Below, in pieces: positions 19,485-28,611 of a stretch of DNA of 64,000 bases. This DNA comes from Terriglobia bacterium (GTDB taxonomy: Bacteria; Acidobacteriota; Terriglobia; Versatilivoradales; Versatilivoraceae), in NCBI GenBank assembly GCA_951813285.1, contig OX638355.1:4712437-4776436 (forward strand), given 5' to 3'. The notes under the pieces are model-generated. The model searched no databases. It worked only from the letters and a program-made list of their open reading frames with translations, and was not told the origin of the DNA. A program made the position numbers and the translations under genes. Positions within the stretch are counted from its first letter, which is position 1; the number at the start of each line of letters is the position of its first letter.

Positions 19485-20390
19485 CTAGCCGTAGAGTCGA
19501 AAGGTCCGGGCCAGCGCCAGGAAGATGGCCTTCAGGGACATGGGACGCACCGTCAAGTCCTTTATACCCGGCAGGGAGTTCCGAATGGTCTGCTCGCCGC
19601 CTTCCTCCCGGTAGCGGCAGTCCACGAACCGAACCACTTGGCCCGCCCTCTCCGCCAGCAGCCAGGAATCGGGAAGGGTCTCCGGTATTTCCCGGCCCGG
19701 CTCCAGGGTGGCCTCGCATTGACGGAAGCGGGCCTGCAGTGAGGCAGTGGGCTCCGCCAGCCGCCTCTCTCCCTTGTCGATCACGCCCACCCAGTCGGCC
19801 AGGCGCTCCACCTCGTCGATGTCGTGGGAGGCCACCAGAATGGTCCATTGGCTGCGGCCGCTCAACTCCAGCAGGCCGCGAATGAACTCGTCCCGGACCA
19901 GCGGGTCCAGGCCGGTGAAAGGCTCGTCCAGGATGACCAGCTCGGGCCGGTAGGAGAGCGAGGAAAGCAGCGAGGCCTTGACCTTCATGCCCCGCGAGAA
20001 GGTCTTGATCTTCCGGTTCAGCGGCAGCTCGAACTGGCGGCTCAACTGCCGGCACAGATCGGGGTCCCAGGTGGGATACATGGGGCGGCAGAAGTCGATC
20101 AACTGCTGAACGGTCATCCATTCCAGCATTTGCTGGTTCTCGGAGACGTAGCCGATCCGGGCCAGTTGGGCCGGGCCCAGCCTGAGAGAATCGGTTCCGA
20201 GCATCCGGGCTCTGCCGCTGGTGGGGCGGATCATGTTCATCAGCATCTTGATCACGGTGGTCTTTCCGGCTCCGTTGGGTCCCAGAAAGGCGAAGACGCT
20301 TCCCTCCGGGACCTGCAGCGACAGGTTGCGCACGGCCGTCGTCTTGCCGAATCGCCGCGTCAGCTCGTGGGTCTCAATGATGGCGTTCAT
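19485..20390 (-). CDS. ABC transporter ATP-binding protein
   Basis: Walker A 'GPNGAGKTT', ABC signature 'LSSLSYRPEL', Walker B 'ILDEP'. Confidence 0.9.
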   Translation of the reverse strand: MNAIIETHELTRRFGKTTAVRNLSLQVPEGSVFAFLGPNGAGKTTVIKMLMNMIRPTSGRARMLGTDSLRLGPAQLARIGYVSENQQMLEWMTVQQLIDFCRPMYPTWDPDLCRQLSRQFELPLNRKIKTFSRGMKVKASLLSSLSYRPELVILDEPFTGLDPLVRDEFIRGLLELSGRSQWTILVASHDIDEVERLADWVGVIDKGERRLAEPTASLQARFRQCEATLEPGREIPETLPDSWLLAERAGQVVRFVDCRYREEGGEQTIRNSLPGIKDLTVRPMSLKAIFLALARTFRLYG

Positions 20391-20812
20391 TTCGAGCCTT
20401 CCTTGCCGGGGTTCTCCCGGGCGTTGACCGAAACTTCCGAAAGGCCGTTCCAGTGGTCCTGAACGGCGTCCAGGACCTGCTCCAGCGTCAGCGACAGCCT
20501 TCTGGCCTCCACTACCAGGGCTTCCGCTTCATGGTCCAGCAGCGCCGAGCGCTCCCGCGGGGAGGCCTCCGGCAGGCGGCCCACCATGGTGCCGACTCCC
20601 GGCTTGACCTCCAGCAGCCCCTGGTCCACCAGCCGCGTCACCACCTTCTGAGCCGTGTTGGGATTGATCCGCAGCTCCTGGCTCAGCTTGCGGACCGAAG
20701 GAAAGCGGTCTCCCGGCAGCATCTGGCCCGAGATGATGGCCTTCTGGACGGCGTAGACCAGTTGCTGGTAGATCGACAGGCCCGTTCGGAACTGTACGGT
20801 GAATGGCAACAT
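20387..20812 (-). CDS. GntR-family transcriptional regulator, short YtrA-like subfamily (141 aa)
   Basis: N-terminal wHTH 'SIYQQLVYAVQKAIISGQMLPGDRFPSVRKLSQELRINPNTAQKVVTRLVDQGLLEVKPGVGTMV' with a short C-terminal domain. ATGA overlap with the ABC ATPase. Confidence 0.85.
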   Translation of the reverse strand: MLPFTVQFRTGLSIYQQLVYAVQKAIISGQMLPGDRFPSVRKLSQELRINPNTAQKVVTRLVDQGLLEVKPGVGTMVGRLPEASPRERSALLDHEAEALVVEARRLSLTLEQVLDAVQDHWNGLSEVSVNARENPGKEGSK

Positions 20813-20849
20813 ATGTGTACTATGAGTACTAGTACACGTGATGTCAAGA
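20813..20849 (-). promoter_or_regulatory. Candidate promoter/operator of the gntR-ABC operon: TTGACA -35, GTAC-rich palindrome GTGTACTA..GTACTAGTAC..GTACAC ending at the start codon
   Basis: Minus-strand reading is cTTGACAtcacgtgtactagtactCATAGTacacatatATG. A perfect -35 lies 17 nt from a weak -10. Three GTAC tetramers form nested inverted repeats typical of GntR operators. There is no Shine-Dalgarno, so a leaderless or short-leader mRNA is possible. Confidence 0.35.
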
Positions 20850-21133
20850 AATATTTTGGAAAGTCCTGCTCATTTTCGGACCGCGGACGACAGGATTCCG
20901 CGGGGTTCAGCTATCCGCTTCGGATGGTTGGGGTCTACGTAGGTTCCGACCGCGGCCTCCCTTGCTTGTACTCACCCAGCGCTGACTCATCCCAGTGGCA
21001 GATCTTTGGCGTCGTCCGAATGTCGGCTATAATTGACAAATAGAACGTCCTCATCCTGAAGCTCAGCGACGGTCCGGGCAGCGGCAAGCCGCCAAACGCG
21101 GAGATCCGACAAACCGAGAGGGACCGTGCGAGT

Positions 21134-21249
21134 AGGGGACGTTGTTGAATTACTGGAATAACTTGAAGAAAGCGAGTAGGGAGCGTTTTCAATCAAAAGC
21201 AATTCAGGAACGGCCGATCCAATATATTCCAGTAATTCAACAACGTCCC
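21134..21249. mobile_element. MITE-like element, family A (116-bp form), inserted in an ankyrin-repeat gene
   Basis: Termini GGGGACGTTGTTGAATTACTGGAA ... TTCCAGTAATTCAACAACGTCCCC. The ankyrin reading frame begins immediately at its right end. Confidence 0.6.
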
Positions 21250-21261
21250 CGGCGCAACACT

Positions 21262-21487
21262 CAAGGCCGGCGCCGACCTCAACGCACGGGAGCCCTCTCG
21301 GGGCCGCCCCCCCCTGCACCTCGCCGCTGATTCCAATTTCGATCCGGCAATTGTGTCGTTTCTTCTGGAGGCGGGAGCGGACCCAACGGTTCAAGACAAC
21401 GAGGGCAAGATACCGGTGGATCTCGCCGAGGGCAACCGCGGGCTCAAGGGAACCATGGCCTATCGGAAGTTGAAGGAGGTGCGGTGA
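21262..21487 (+). pseudogene. Ankyrin-repeat protein gene fragment; only the C-terminal part remains after MITE insertion
   Basis: In-frame translation '...KAGADLNAREPSRGRPPLHLAADSNFDPAIVSFLLEAGADPTVQDNEGKIPVDLAEGNRGLKGTMAYRKLKEVR*' holds about 2 ankyrin repeats. It has no start codon and abuts the MITE. Confidence 0.45.
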
Positions 21488-21499
21488 ACGCTGGCGCGT

Positions 21500-21961
21500 T
21501 TGACCGATGATTTGGGAGTCACCATGAAACGTGAATCGGCCGGCGCTTACCAGGTCGCCTGGATTTTGGTTGTCGTTATGGGAGGCTGCGAAGCCCTATC
21601 GGCAGGCGGCGTTGAAGCAAACGAGGGCCCGAGCTGCCAAGACTGGAATACGAAGAGATTTTTCGCGTCCGCGTCGCTAGAGAAGGTGACCGCCTGCCTC
21701 GAAGCGGGGGCCGATCCCAACGCACGGGCAAGTTTTTCACGTGAGACGCCCTTGTACCCGGCAAAGAAACGGACCGAACCCAATCCCGAGGTGATTGCCG
21801 CCCTGGAACAGGCCGGAGCGGAATCGCCTTGGATCGAGATCATGTTTTTCAAGTATGTGTCACTGCCAATCGTGACGGCGTTGGCGGTTAGTGCATTCAG
21901 ACGGTGGCGCCGCACAGCCCGTCCAACCCCCTCAGGGCAGGAAACGATCCAGCCCGTCTGA
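21500..21961 (+). CDS. Ankyrin-repeat protein with N-terminal signal peptide and C-terminal TM helix
   Basis: 'SLEKVTACLEAGADPNARASFSRETPLYPA...PEVIAALEQAGAE' are ankyrin-like repeats. N-terminal hydrophobic 'VAWILVVVMGGCEA'. C-terminal 'IEIMFFKYVSLPIVTALAVSAF'. The real start may be the Met at 21524. Confidence 0.6.
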   Translation: MTDDLGVTMKRESAGAYQVAWILVVVMGGCEALSAGGVEANEGPSCQDWNTKRFFASASLEKVTACLEAGADPNARASFSRETPLYPAKKRTEPNPEVIAALEQAGAESPWIEIMFFKYVSLPIVTALAVSAFRRWRRTARPTPSGQETIQPV

Positions 21962-22741
21962 GCAGTGCTTCATGCGTTTGAAGGCCTCGATCATGTCGGT
22001 GATGTCGTGGCCGGGGCAGACCATTCGGAATCCCTGGGCGGCCCGCTCTTCCGCTTCGCTGGGGCTGTTGGTGACGTAGCCCGCGGCCACGCCGGTCTCC
22101 CTGGAAGCTTTCAACACCTCCTGCACCAGCGCCTCGGCCTCCGTCGAGGGCCGGAATTCCCGGGTCGGTTGCTGGCCCAGGGCTTCGGCCCCCACCGCCC
22201 GTTCCAGGTCGTAGGGACCGATCAACACGCAGTCCACGTCGGGCACCGCCATCATCTCCCTCACGTTCCGGACCCCGCTCGGGGTCTCCACCATCACCAC
22301 CGTCAGTATCTGGTCGTTGGCATTCTCGGTGTAGTCGAAATAGCTGTGGCCGGCGTGGTAGGCGGTCCGCAGGCCGGTGGCCGAGCGGTTTCCCCTGGGC
22401 GGGAACTTGGCCGCACGCACAATGCTCTCGCACTGCTCGGCCGTCTCCACCATGGGAATGATGACCCCCAGAGCCCCCAGGTCCAGCACCCTCCCGATCC
22501 AGGCCGGATCGGGTCCCAGCGGCCGCACCAGGGGAACCGTATTCCGATGGACGAAGGGCGCCATGGAGGCGTTGATGCTCGACTCCGACCAGGCCCCGTG
22601 CTGCCAGTCGATCCACACGAAGTCGAATCCGTGCTGGACGGCCTCCTCGGCGATCTCGGGTGACGGGTAGTAGAGAGAAGGACCGGAAATGATCCCGCCC
22701 TCGAGCAGCTTCTTACGAGCCAGATTGACTTTCATCGACAT
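21932..22741 (-). CDS. HpcH/HpaI aldolase family protein (second copy)
   Basis: 'GFDFVWIDWQHGAWS', 'VIIPMVETAEQ' and 'VMVETPSGVRNVREMMAVPDVDCVLIGPYDL' are hallmark HpcH/HpaI segments. Confidence 0.85.
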   Translation of the reverse strand: MSMKVNLARKKLLEGGIISGPSLYYPSPEIAEEAVQHGFDFVWIDWQHGAWSESSINASMAPFVHRNTVPLVRPLGPDPAWIGRVLDLGALGVIIPMVETAEQCESIVRAAKFPPRGNRSATGLRTAYHAGHSYFDYTENANDQILTVVMVETPSGVRNVREMMAVPDVDCVLIGPYDLERAVGAEALGQQPTREFRPSTEAEALVQEVLKASRETGVAAGYVTNSPSEAEERAAQGFRMVCPGHDITDMIEAFKRMKHCSDGLDRFLP

Positions 22742-22755
22742 TACCTTTCCTTGAT

Positions 22756-22903
22756 GAGCCTATTGCAAAAATTCGTCGTGCAGCGCTGGGGACGTTGTTG
22801 AATTACTGGAATAACTGGTAAAGACCGCGTAGGAGACATTATTGAACCAAAGCAATTCGGGAAGGGTTAATCGAAGTGATTCCAGTAATTCAACAACGTC
22901 CCC
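22756..22903. mobile_element. MITE-like element, family A (with left outer TIR GAGCCTATTGCAAAAATTCG)
   Basis: Same termini as 3622..3806. Internal 'caattcgggaagggttaatcgaagtgattcc' is related to the 52468 copy. Confidence 0.6.
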
Positions 22904-22968
22904 TATTCCACGGCGCACTGTCCCTTCGTGGATAACTCCTTTGGTCATTCCGGGATAGCCCAAGTGAG

Positions 22969-23913
22969 TCAGCAACTCACTCCCTTGCCCTCGGAACCGA
23001 ACACGGCCAGACGGTCCTCGTCCCCGGTCTCCCGGCTTTCCGGCGACACGTAGTGATACTGCACGGCCCAGCGCTGCCGGTCGGTGCGGTTGGCGGGAGT
23101 GCCGTGAGGCAGGAGCGCATCGAACACCAGGCAGCCGCCGGCCCTCATGGGAATGGCCACCCGGGGGAGCCTTGCGATCTCGCTGTCGCAGATCTGCCAG
23201 TCACGCCTCATGAAGTGTGCTCGGGCACCTTGTTGATGCCCCCCTTCGATCACCTGCATGCAGCCGTTTTCGGGAGTGGCCCGGTCCAGGGCGATCCAGA
23301 CGCCTACGATTGGAGTGGTCTGTGTGAGGTTGAAGTAGGCGCGGTCCTGGTGCCAGGGCTTCTCCCTTCCGCCGGGAGGCTTGATCAGCGCCATGTCCTG
23401 GTAGAGTCCCGGCTTTCCTCCCAGAATCCGGCCCAGCACCCGCATGAGAGAGGGATCCTCCGCCAGAGCCTTGAGGCCCGGGTTCTCCTCCCGGGTGAAG
23501 CCCATGAACTTGCGGACAAAACGCATCCGGGTTGCCGCCTCGAGCGACGGCAGGCGTTTCCCGGAGTGCCCCAGGGCCAGATCTGCGAATCGCGGGCCCT
23601 TGGGCGCGGCAAAGGGCTTTCCCTGCAGCTCCGGCAACTGCTGCCTGACCGCACCCTCGAAATAGACCGACTCGCAATCCGGCCGCGGGCTGGTGCCCAA
23701 TCGGTAGAGCTCCTGCCTGGCCGCCTCCACGCGGGCCATCGAAAAAGCCTCGTGAACCACCAGGTACCCGCGTTGCCGAAAGAGGGCCAGCTCCTTCTGG
23801 TTGACGGCTTCAAAACCCGTGATTCCCTCCGCCACTGTCTGATACCGGTACAGATCGGGATCGTATGCGGGTATTTCGGGCTCGAAGACCACTCGCAGTT
23901 CAGGTCTGCTCAT
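22969..23913 (-). CDS. Phytanoyl-CoA dioxygenase (PhyH) family Fe(II)/2-oxoglutarate oxygenase
   Basis: 314 aa. 'KPWHQDRAYF' (HxD) and 'GCLVFDALLPHGTPANRTDRQRWAVQYHY' (distal His, Arg) fit the PhyH fold. Confidence 0.85.
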   Translation of the reverse strand: MSRPELRVVFEPEIPAYDPDLYRYQTVAEGITGFEAVNQKELALFRQRGYLVVHEAFSMARVEAARQELYRLGTSPRPDCESVYFEGAVRQQLPELQGKPFAAPKGPRFADLALGHSGKRLPSLEAATRMRFVRKFMGFTREENPGLKALAEDPSLMRVLGRILGGKPGLYQDMALIKPPGGREKPWHQDRAYFNLTQTTPIVGVWIALDRATPENGCMQVIEGGHQQGARAHFMRRDWQICDSEIARLPRVAIPMRAGGCLVFDALLPHGTPANRTDRQRWAVQYHYVSPESRETGDEDRLAVFGSEGKGVSC

Positions 23914-23961
23914 GAAATCATTCCTGCGTTCAACAACGTCCCCCTCGCTCCCAGCGCTCGC

Positions 23962-25068
23962 TCAAGCCAACCGATGAGACTCCACCACCAGCCGCTCCAG
24001 CTCGCCCCGATCGGGGACGCAGCCGATCCCCGGCCCCGGCAGAGCCCGGATCCGCCCGGGAGCGGAAAGCTCGATTTCCGGCACGGAAAGGTCCTTCCGG
24101 TAGAAGCGGCTGGAGGGAAAGATATCGGCGGGATAGCCGATGTTGGGGAGGGTGGCCAGGGCAATGCAGTGACAGGCCCCCACCGCCGACTCCAGCATCC
24201 CCCCCACCCAGCAGGGAATTCCACCCTTCTCGGCTTCACGCAGGATTTGAACCGCCGGGGTTAATCCACCCACGCGCGCGGGCTTCAAGTTGATCCAGCC
24301 GCAGGCGCCGAGGTCGATTGCCTGGCGGGTGCGTTCCCGCGAGACGATGCTCTCGTCCAGACACAACGGGGTCTTCAGGCACCGCTGCAGCTCGGCGTGG
24401 TCCAGCAGATCGTCGTGGCGTAGCGGCTGCTCGATCATGGCCAGGCCCAGCGAGTCCAGGGCCTGAAAAACGGGCAGGTCCCGCAGTCGGTAGCCGCTGT
24501 TGCAGTCCACGTGCATCACCAGCTCCGGGAAAGCCTCACGCACGCTGCGAACCATCTCCACGTCCCAGCCGGGCCTGAACTTAAGCTTGACCCTGGGAAA
24601 GCCGGCCTCGACCGCGCCGCCGATGGTTTCCAGCAGCTCGGGGACGGTGTCCATCACCCCGAAATCGGCCCCCACCTCGATGGTGTCGCCCCGGCCGCCC
24701 AACAGTTGCCAGAGTGGCATTCCCCGCCTTTTGGCTTCCAGGTCCCACCAGGCCAGATCCAGGCCGGCCTTGGCGAAAGGGTTGCCCTTGAAGGGGGCCA
24801 ACTGCTGCTGCAGGGCCTCTCCCGAATCGATCTCCCGCCCCAGGAGCCGCGGCGCCAGCCAATCCCGAATCAGGGCAAAGACCCCTCCGGCCCACTCCGG
24901 GGAATAGAGGGGAGATTCCCAGGGCGTTGACTCCCCCCAGCCCTCCAACCCTTCAGCCGACATCCTGACCAGCACGCTCTCGATCACGTGCCCGTCGCCA
25001 TAGGCCGTGCGGAAGGGGTAGATCACCGGCATAGCCACCCGGTGGAGTTCGATGGCTTCGATTCTCAT
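23962..25068 (-). CDS. Enolase-superfamily enzyme (o-succinylbenzoate synthase / N-acylamino-acid racemase / dipeptide epimerase-like)
   Basis: From internal 'MRIEAIELHRVAMPV'. 'KLKFRPGWDVEMVRSVREA', 'MHVDCNSGY', 'MIEQPL', 'CLDES' carry the metal-ligand D/E/D pattern of the MR/MLE family. Confidence 0.85.
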   Translation of the reverse strand: MRIEAIELHRVAMPVIYPFRTAYGDGHVIESVLVRMSAEGLEGWGESTPWESPLYSPEWAGGVFALIRDWLAPRLLGREIDSGEALQQQLAPFKGNPFAKAGLDLAWWDLEAKRRGMPLWQLLGGRGDTIEVGADFGVMDTVPELLETIGGAVEAGFPRVKLKFRPGWDVEMVRSVREAFPELVMHVDCNSGYRLRDLPVFQALDSLGLAMIEQPLRHDDLLDHAELQRCLKTPLCLDESIVSRERTRQAIDLGACGWINLKPARVGGLTPAVQILREAEKGGIPCWVGGMLESAVGACHCIALATLPNIGYPADIFPSSRFYRKDLSVPEIELSAPGRIRALPGPGIGCVPDRGELERLVVESHRLA

Positions 25069-25610
25069 GGTGCTCCTGGTACGTCCCGCCGGGCGGATCA
25101 TACGAGAGGGAAACAACGCATCTTCATGGCCTGTCGGGAACAAGGGCCATGTCGTGCAAAACCGGTTTTCTACTTATCGAACATGGATGCACAGGATAAA
25201 CAGTCGGCTTGTGCTTCACGTGGGCTCACCGGCATTTGCTGCCGCCGCCTACGCGGCTCGACACCCATACACGACGTTTCCCATGGGCTGACGCCCACGG
25301 CTAAGTGCTGCCGCGGCTTCGCCGCTCTCAAGGAAGCCGGCTAAAGCAGCATATTCTCAGGTAAGTCCGGCCCCCGCCCTGTCGTGCGGATCATTCGAGG
25401 GTGAAACAATCAGAAATTGAAAATCCTTTCGCGACCTTGGCATCCCTTCGCGGTTCACCTCAATGCCTTAGTGGCCCTTCGTCGTTCTTCGTGGCCCTTC
25501 GTGGATATCTCTTTTCCTTTTGTCTTTTCTCGTTTGTTTCAAATAAGAAGGCACCGGAACGAGGTCTTGGGCAGGGCCGGAAACCCTCCTGGGGAAAAGG
25601 GGCAAATCCC

Positions 25611-25638
25611 TTGACTCGGGGTCAAAATACAGTATTCT
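25611..25638 (+). promoter_or_regulatory. Candidate sigma70-like promoter (TTGACT-N16-TATTCT) with a TTGAC..GTCAA inverted repeat over the -35, about 150 nt upstream of the FG-GAP gene
   Basis: 'cccTTGACTcggggtcaaaatacagTATTCTgtg'. It is the only AT-enriched patch in this intergenic region. Confidence 0.25.
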
Positions 25639-25782
25639 GTGCGCGATTTACAACCTGCATCTGACCCGCATTCGATCCTCCCCAAGGGATTCCGTGCAAC
25701 GGCCCCGCCGGAGAGTCCCGGTTGCCGCTCCGGAAGAGCCATTCCCCAAGGAGGACCCGTTTCCACCGGAGGAGCCGGACCC

Positions 25783-28581
25783 ATGAAACACGCCCTGCGA
25801 GCCGCCGCGACCGCCGCCATTCTGACACTGGCCCTCTTTTCGACGTCCCTGCCGGCCGGAGAACCCATCCTCTGGGTGGAGGATTCCTTCGAGGACTTCG
25901 CCGACGGCCGGTTGGACGCGGCGGGACAGAACCTCTACGTCAGCCGGGACGGCGCCCTTCGCACCATCCACCGCTTCGATCTAAATAGAGACGGGCATCT
26001 GGACCTCATCTTCAACAGCACCCACGACAACTTCACCTACATTCCGGCCACGCTGGGCCTGTTGGAGTCCCCGCGGCGAGTTCGCCGGGCCGAGCTGGCG
26101 GTGGAGGGGAGCCTCAGGGTGGTGCTGGAGGACCTGAACCGCGACGGCCACCTGGACGCCCTCTTCTGCCCCAACCGCAGCGGGCTCCAGAACCCCAGGC
26201 GACTGCTCACCATCCTGTGGGGAGGCAAGGACGGCTGGTCCAACCGGAGAAGCCATGGCCAACTGCCGGTCTACGGCGCGCTGGCCGTGGCCGCGGCCGA
26301 CCTGGACCGGGACGGTTGGCCCGACATCGTCACCCTCAACCAGACCGCCTGGCTTCCCGGCCAGCCTGAAGGAAACATCCTGAGAATCTTCTGGGGGAGC
26401 CCGGAGGGGTTTCTCCTGACCGACACCGCCGAGCTCGGCATCCCCCAGGCACTGGACCTGGCTACCGGAGATTTCGACGGCGACGGGTTCAAGGAAGCGG
26501 CCGTGTTGAGCGAGCGCGGAGTGGCGGAGGTGGTCCGAGGCCGGGCGGCCCCGGGGTCGCCTCGGGAGCTGAACCGACAGGAGGTGCCGCTCCCGGGCAA
26601 GGAGGGCCTGTGCCTCACGGCCGCCGATGCCGACGGCGACTCACGCATCGACCTGCTGGTGGGCACCGATCGGGGTAGAGTCTACTTCGTGGGCGGAAAA
26701 GCCGGAACCGGCTGGGGAGAGCCCCGCACCTGGGCCGCTCCCAACGCCTCCCACATTGCCGTGGGTTACCTCAACGGAGACAGGCATCCCGACCTGGTGT
26801 TGACCGACTTCACCCTGGCCCGGGCCGGAGGGGGGGAAGCCGCCGGGGCCTCCGAAAGCGTCGCGAAGCCTCTCCAGATTCTCTGGGGCTCGGCCGAAGG
26901 GTTCGACGCCGGCCGCTCCACCGGCTTGGCCATTGCCTACGCCCGGTCCAGCGCGGTGGGGGACCTGGACGGAGACGGCCACCAGGACCTGTCGGTAGCG
27001 GTCCACCAGAGCTCGAAGCAGTTCGAAACCAACTCACTGGTCTTCTTCGGGACCGGCAGCAGCGTGCTGGACCAGCATCCCTTGACGCTGCGGACCATCG
27101 GCGCCACCGGCACCGCCATCGTTCCACCCGGCGGCTCCCTGCCGGGCCGGGTCCTCTTCTGCAATAGCCTGGGCGGCACCGTGGCCGAACGGGTGCCCTT
27201 GCACGTCTACTGGGGAAGTTCCGAAGGTTTCTCCGCCTCTAACCGTTGGGAGATCCCCTTCCAGAGCGGCTATGAAGCCAGCGCCGCCGACCTCAACCGC
27301 GACGGCTATCCGGACCTGATCGTGCTCAACTCCCAGCACGCCGGCGACGCCGCCGCAATGGATCCCACCGCCGGGGCCAATATCTTCTGGGGCGGACCTG
27401 GCGGCTTCGACCTGGAGGGCCGGCGAACCGTCCTGCGGGAGCGCAACCTCGGCTCCAGCAACGTGGCCGACCTCAACCGCGACGGCTACCTGGACCTGGT
27501 ACTGGGTGCCTTCGAAGCCAAAAAGGGAAAGAACTATCTTGTGATCCGATATGGATCCGAAGAGGGGTTTCTGCCGTCCGGCCGGCTGGCGCTACCCTTC
27601 GACTATCGCACCGTCGGCAGCCTGGTCGCCGATCTCAACGGGGACGACTGGCTGGACACCGCCTTCGTCTCCTCGCAGCAGAACCGCCTCCACATCCTCT
27701 GGGGCGGCCCGGAGATGTTCTCCCCGGAGCGCCGCAGCCAACTCCGCATCCCCTTCCCCATCAGCCTGGAAGCCGCCGACTTCAACGGGGACGGACAACT
27801 GGACCTGGCGGTGGGCAGCTACAGGGACCCGGTGTCCCACCACCACGACATGGGACTGTCGATTTTCTGGGGCCAGGACGGACAATTCCGATCCTCCAAC
27901 GCCCAATGGCTTCCCGGATTCACCCCCATCGGCATGGCCGTGGCCGATTTCGACGGCGACGGCCACCTGGACCTGTTCTCGCCCCACTACCTGGCGGAGC
28001 TGACCCGCGAGTCGGTGGCCTCCTACCTCTATTGGGGAGGCCCCCAGGGGTTCGGCACCCGCAACCGCACCATCCTCATCACCGACTCGGCCCACGACGC
28101 CATGGCCGGGGACTTCGATCAGGACGGACGGCTGGACCTGGCCGTCTCCTGCCACACCCGGGACGGGAACCACCATACCGACTCCAAGGTCTTCTACAAT
28201 GACGGGAATCGGTTCCGCAATCCCCGGGTGGAAACCCTGCCCACCATCGGAACCCACTGGATGTGGATTCAGGACGTGGGGCACATCCATCATCGCCAGT
28301 GGAAGCAGGTCTACCGCTCCTCGGTCTTCGCCTGGGACCGGGAGGTCTCGGCGGGCCGGCTGACCTTCCGGGCCGAGCAGGCCCAGGGAACGGGGTTGAG
28401 CTTCCAGGTCCGTTCCTCACCCGACTCAAAGGGACTGGCCGAGCAGGCTTGGCGCTCTCTGCAGGAGGGAGCCTTCGATCTGAATCTCGGAGACCGGCGC
28501 CTGCAGTACCGGGCCGTGCTGGAATCGGGCAACGGAGATCTCTATCCGGTCGTGGACCGGGTCGAGGTCCAACTGAAGTAA
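25783..28581 (+). CDS. Secreted FG-GAP/VCBS-repeat protein (integrin-alpha-like beta-propeller, CRTAC1/ASPIC-like)
   Basis: Start at 25783 'MKHALRAAATAAILTLALFSTSLPAGE' (signal peptide; GGAGG 10 nt upstream). More than 8 repeats of the DxNxDGxxD type ('DLNRDGHLD','GDFDGDG','ADFNGDGQLD','ADFDGDGHLD'). Confidence 0.85.
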   Translation: MKHALRAAATAAILTLALFSTSLPAGEPILWVEDSFEDFADGRLDAAGQNLYVSRDGALRTIHRFDLNRDGHLDLIFNSTHDNFTYIPATLGLLESPRRVRRAELAVEGSLRVVLEDLNRDGHLDALFCPNRSGLQNPRRLLTILWGGKDGWSNRRSHGQLPVYGALAVAAADLDRDGWPDIVTLNQTAWLPGQPEGNILRIFWGSPEGFLLTDTAELGIPQALDLATGDFDGDGFKEAAVLSERGVAEVVRGRAAPGSPRELNRQEVPLPGKEGLCLTAADADGDSRIDLLVGTDRGRVYFVGGKAGTGWGEPRTWAAPNASHIAVGYLNGDRHPDLVLTDFTLARAGGGEAAGASESVAKPLQILWGSAEGFDAGRSTGLAIAYARSSAVGDLDGDGHQDLSVAVHQSSKQFETNSLVFFGTGSSVLDQHPLTLRTIGATGTAIVPPGGSLPGRVLFCNSLGGTVAERVPLHVYWGSSEGFSASNRWEIPFQSGYEASAADLNRDGYPDLIVLNSQHAGDAAAMDPTAGANIFWGGPGGFDLEGRRTVLRERNLGSSNVADLNRDGYLDLVLGAFEAKKGKNYLVIRYGSEEGFLPSGRLALPFDYRTVGSLVADLNGDDWLDTAFVSSQQNRLHILWGGPEMFSPERRSQLRIPFPISLEAADFNGDGQLDLAVGSYRDPVSHHHDMGLSIFWGQDGQFRSSNAQWLPGFTPIGMAVADFDGDGHLDLFSPHYLAELTRESVASYLYWGGPQGFGTRNRTILITDSAHDAMAGDFDQDGRLDLAVSCHTRDGNHHTDSKVFYNDGNRFRNPRVETLPTIGTHWMWIQDVGHIHHRQWKQVYRSSVFAWDREVSAGRLTFRAEQAQGTGLSFQVRSSPDSKGLAEQAWRSLQEGAFDLNLGDRRLQYRAVLESGNGDLYPVVDRVEVQLK

Positions 28582-28611
28582 CCGCGGCTACGCGGCGGAA
28601 AGGATGCCACC

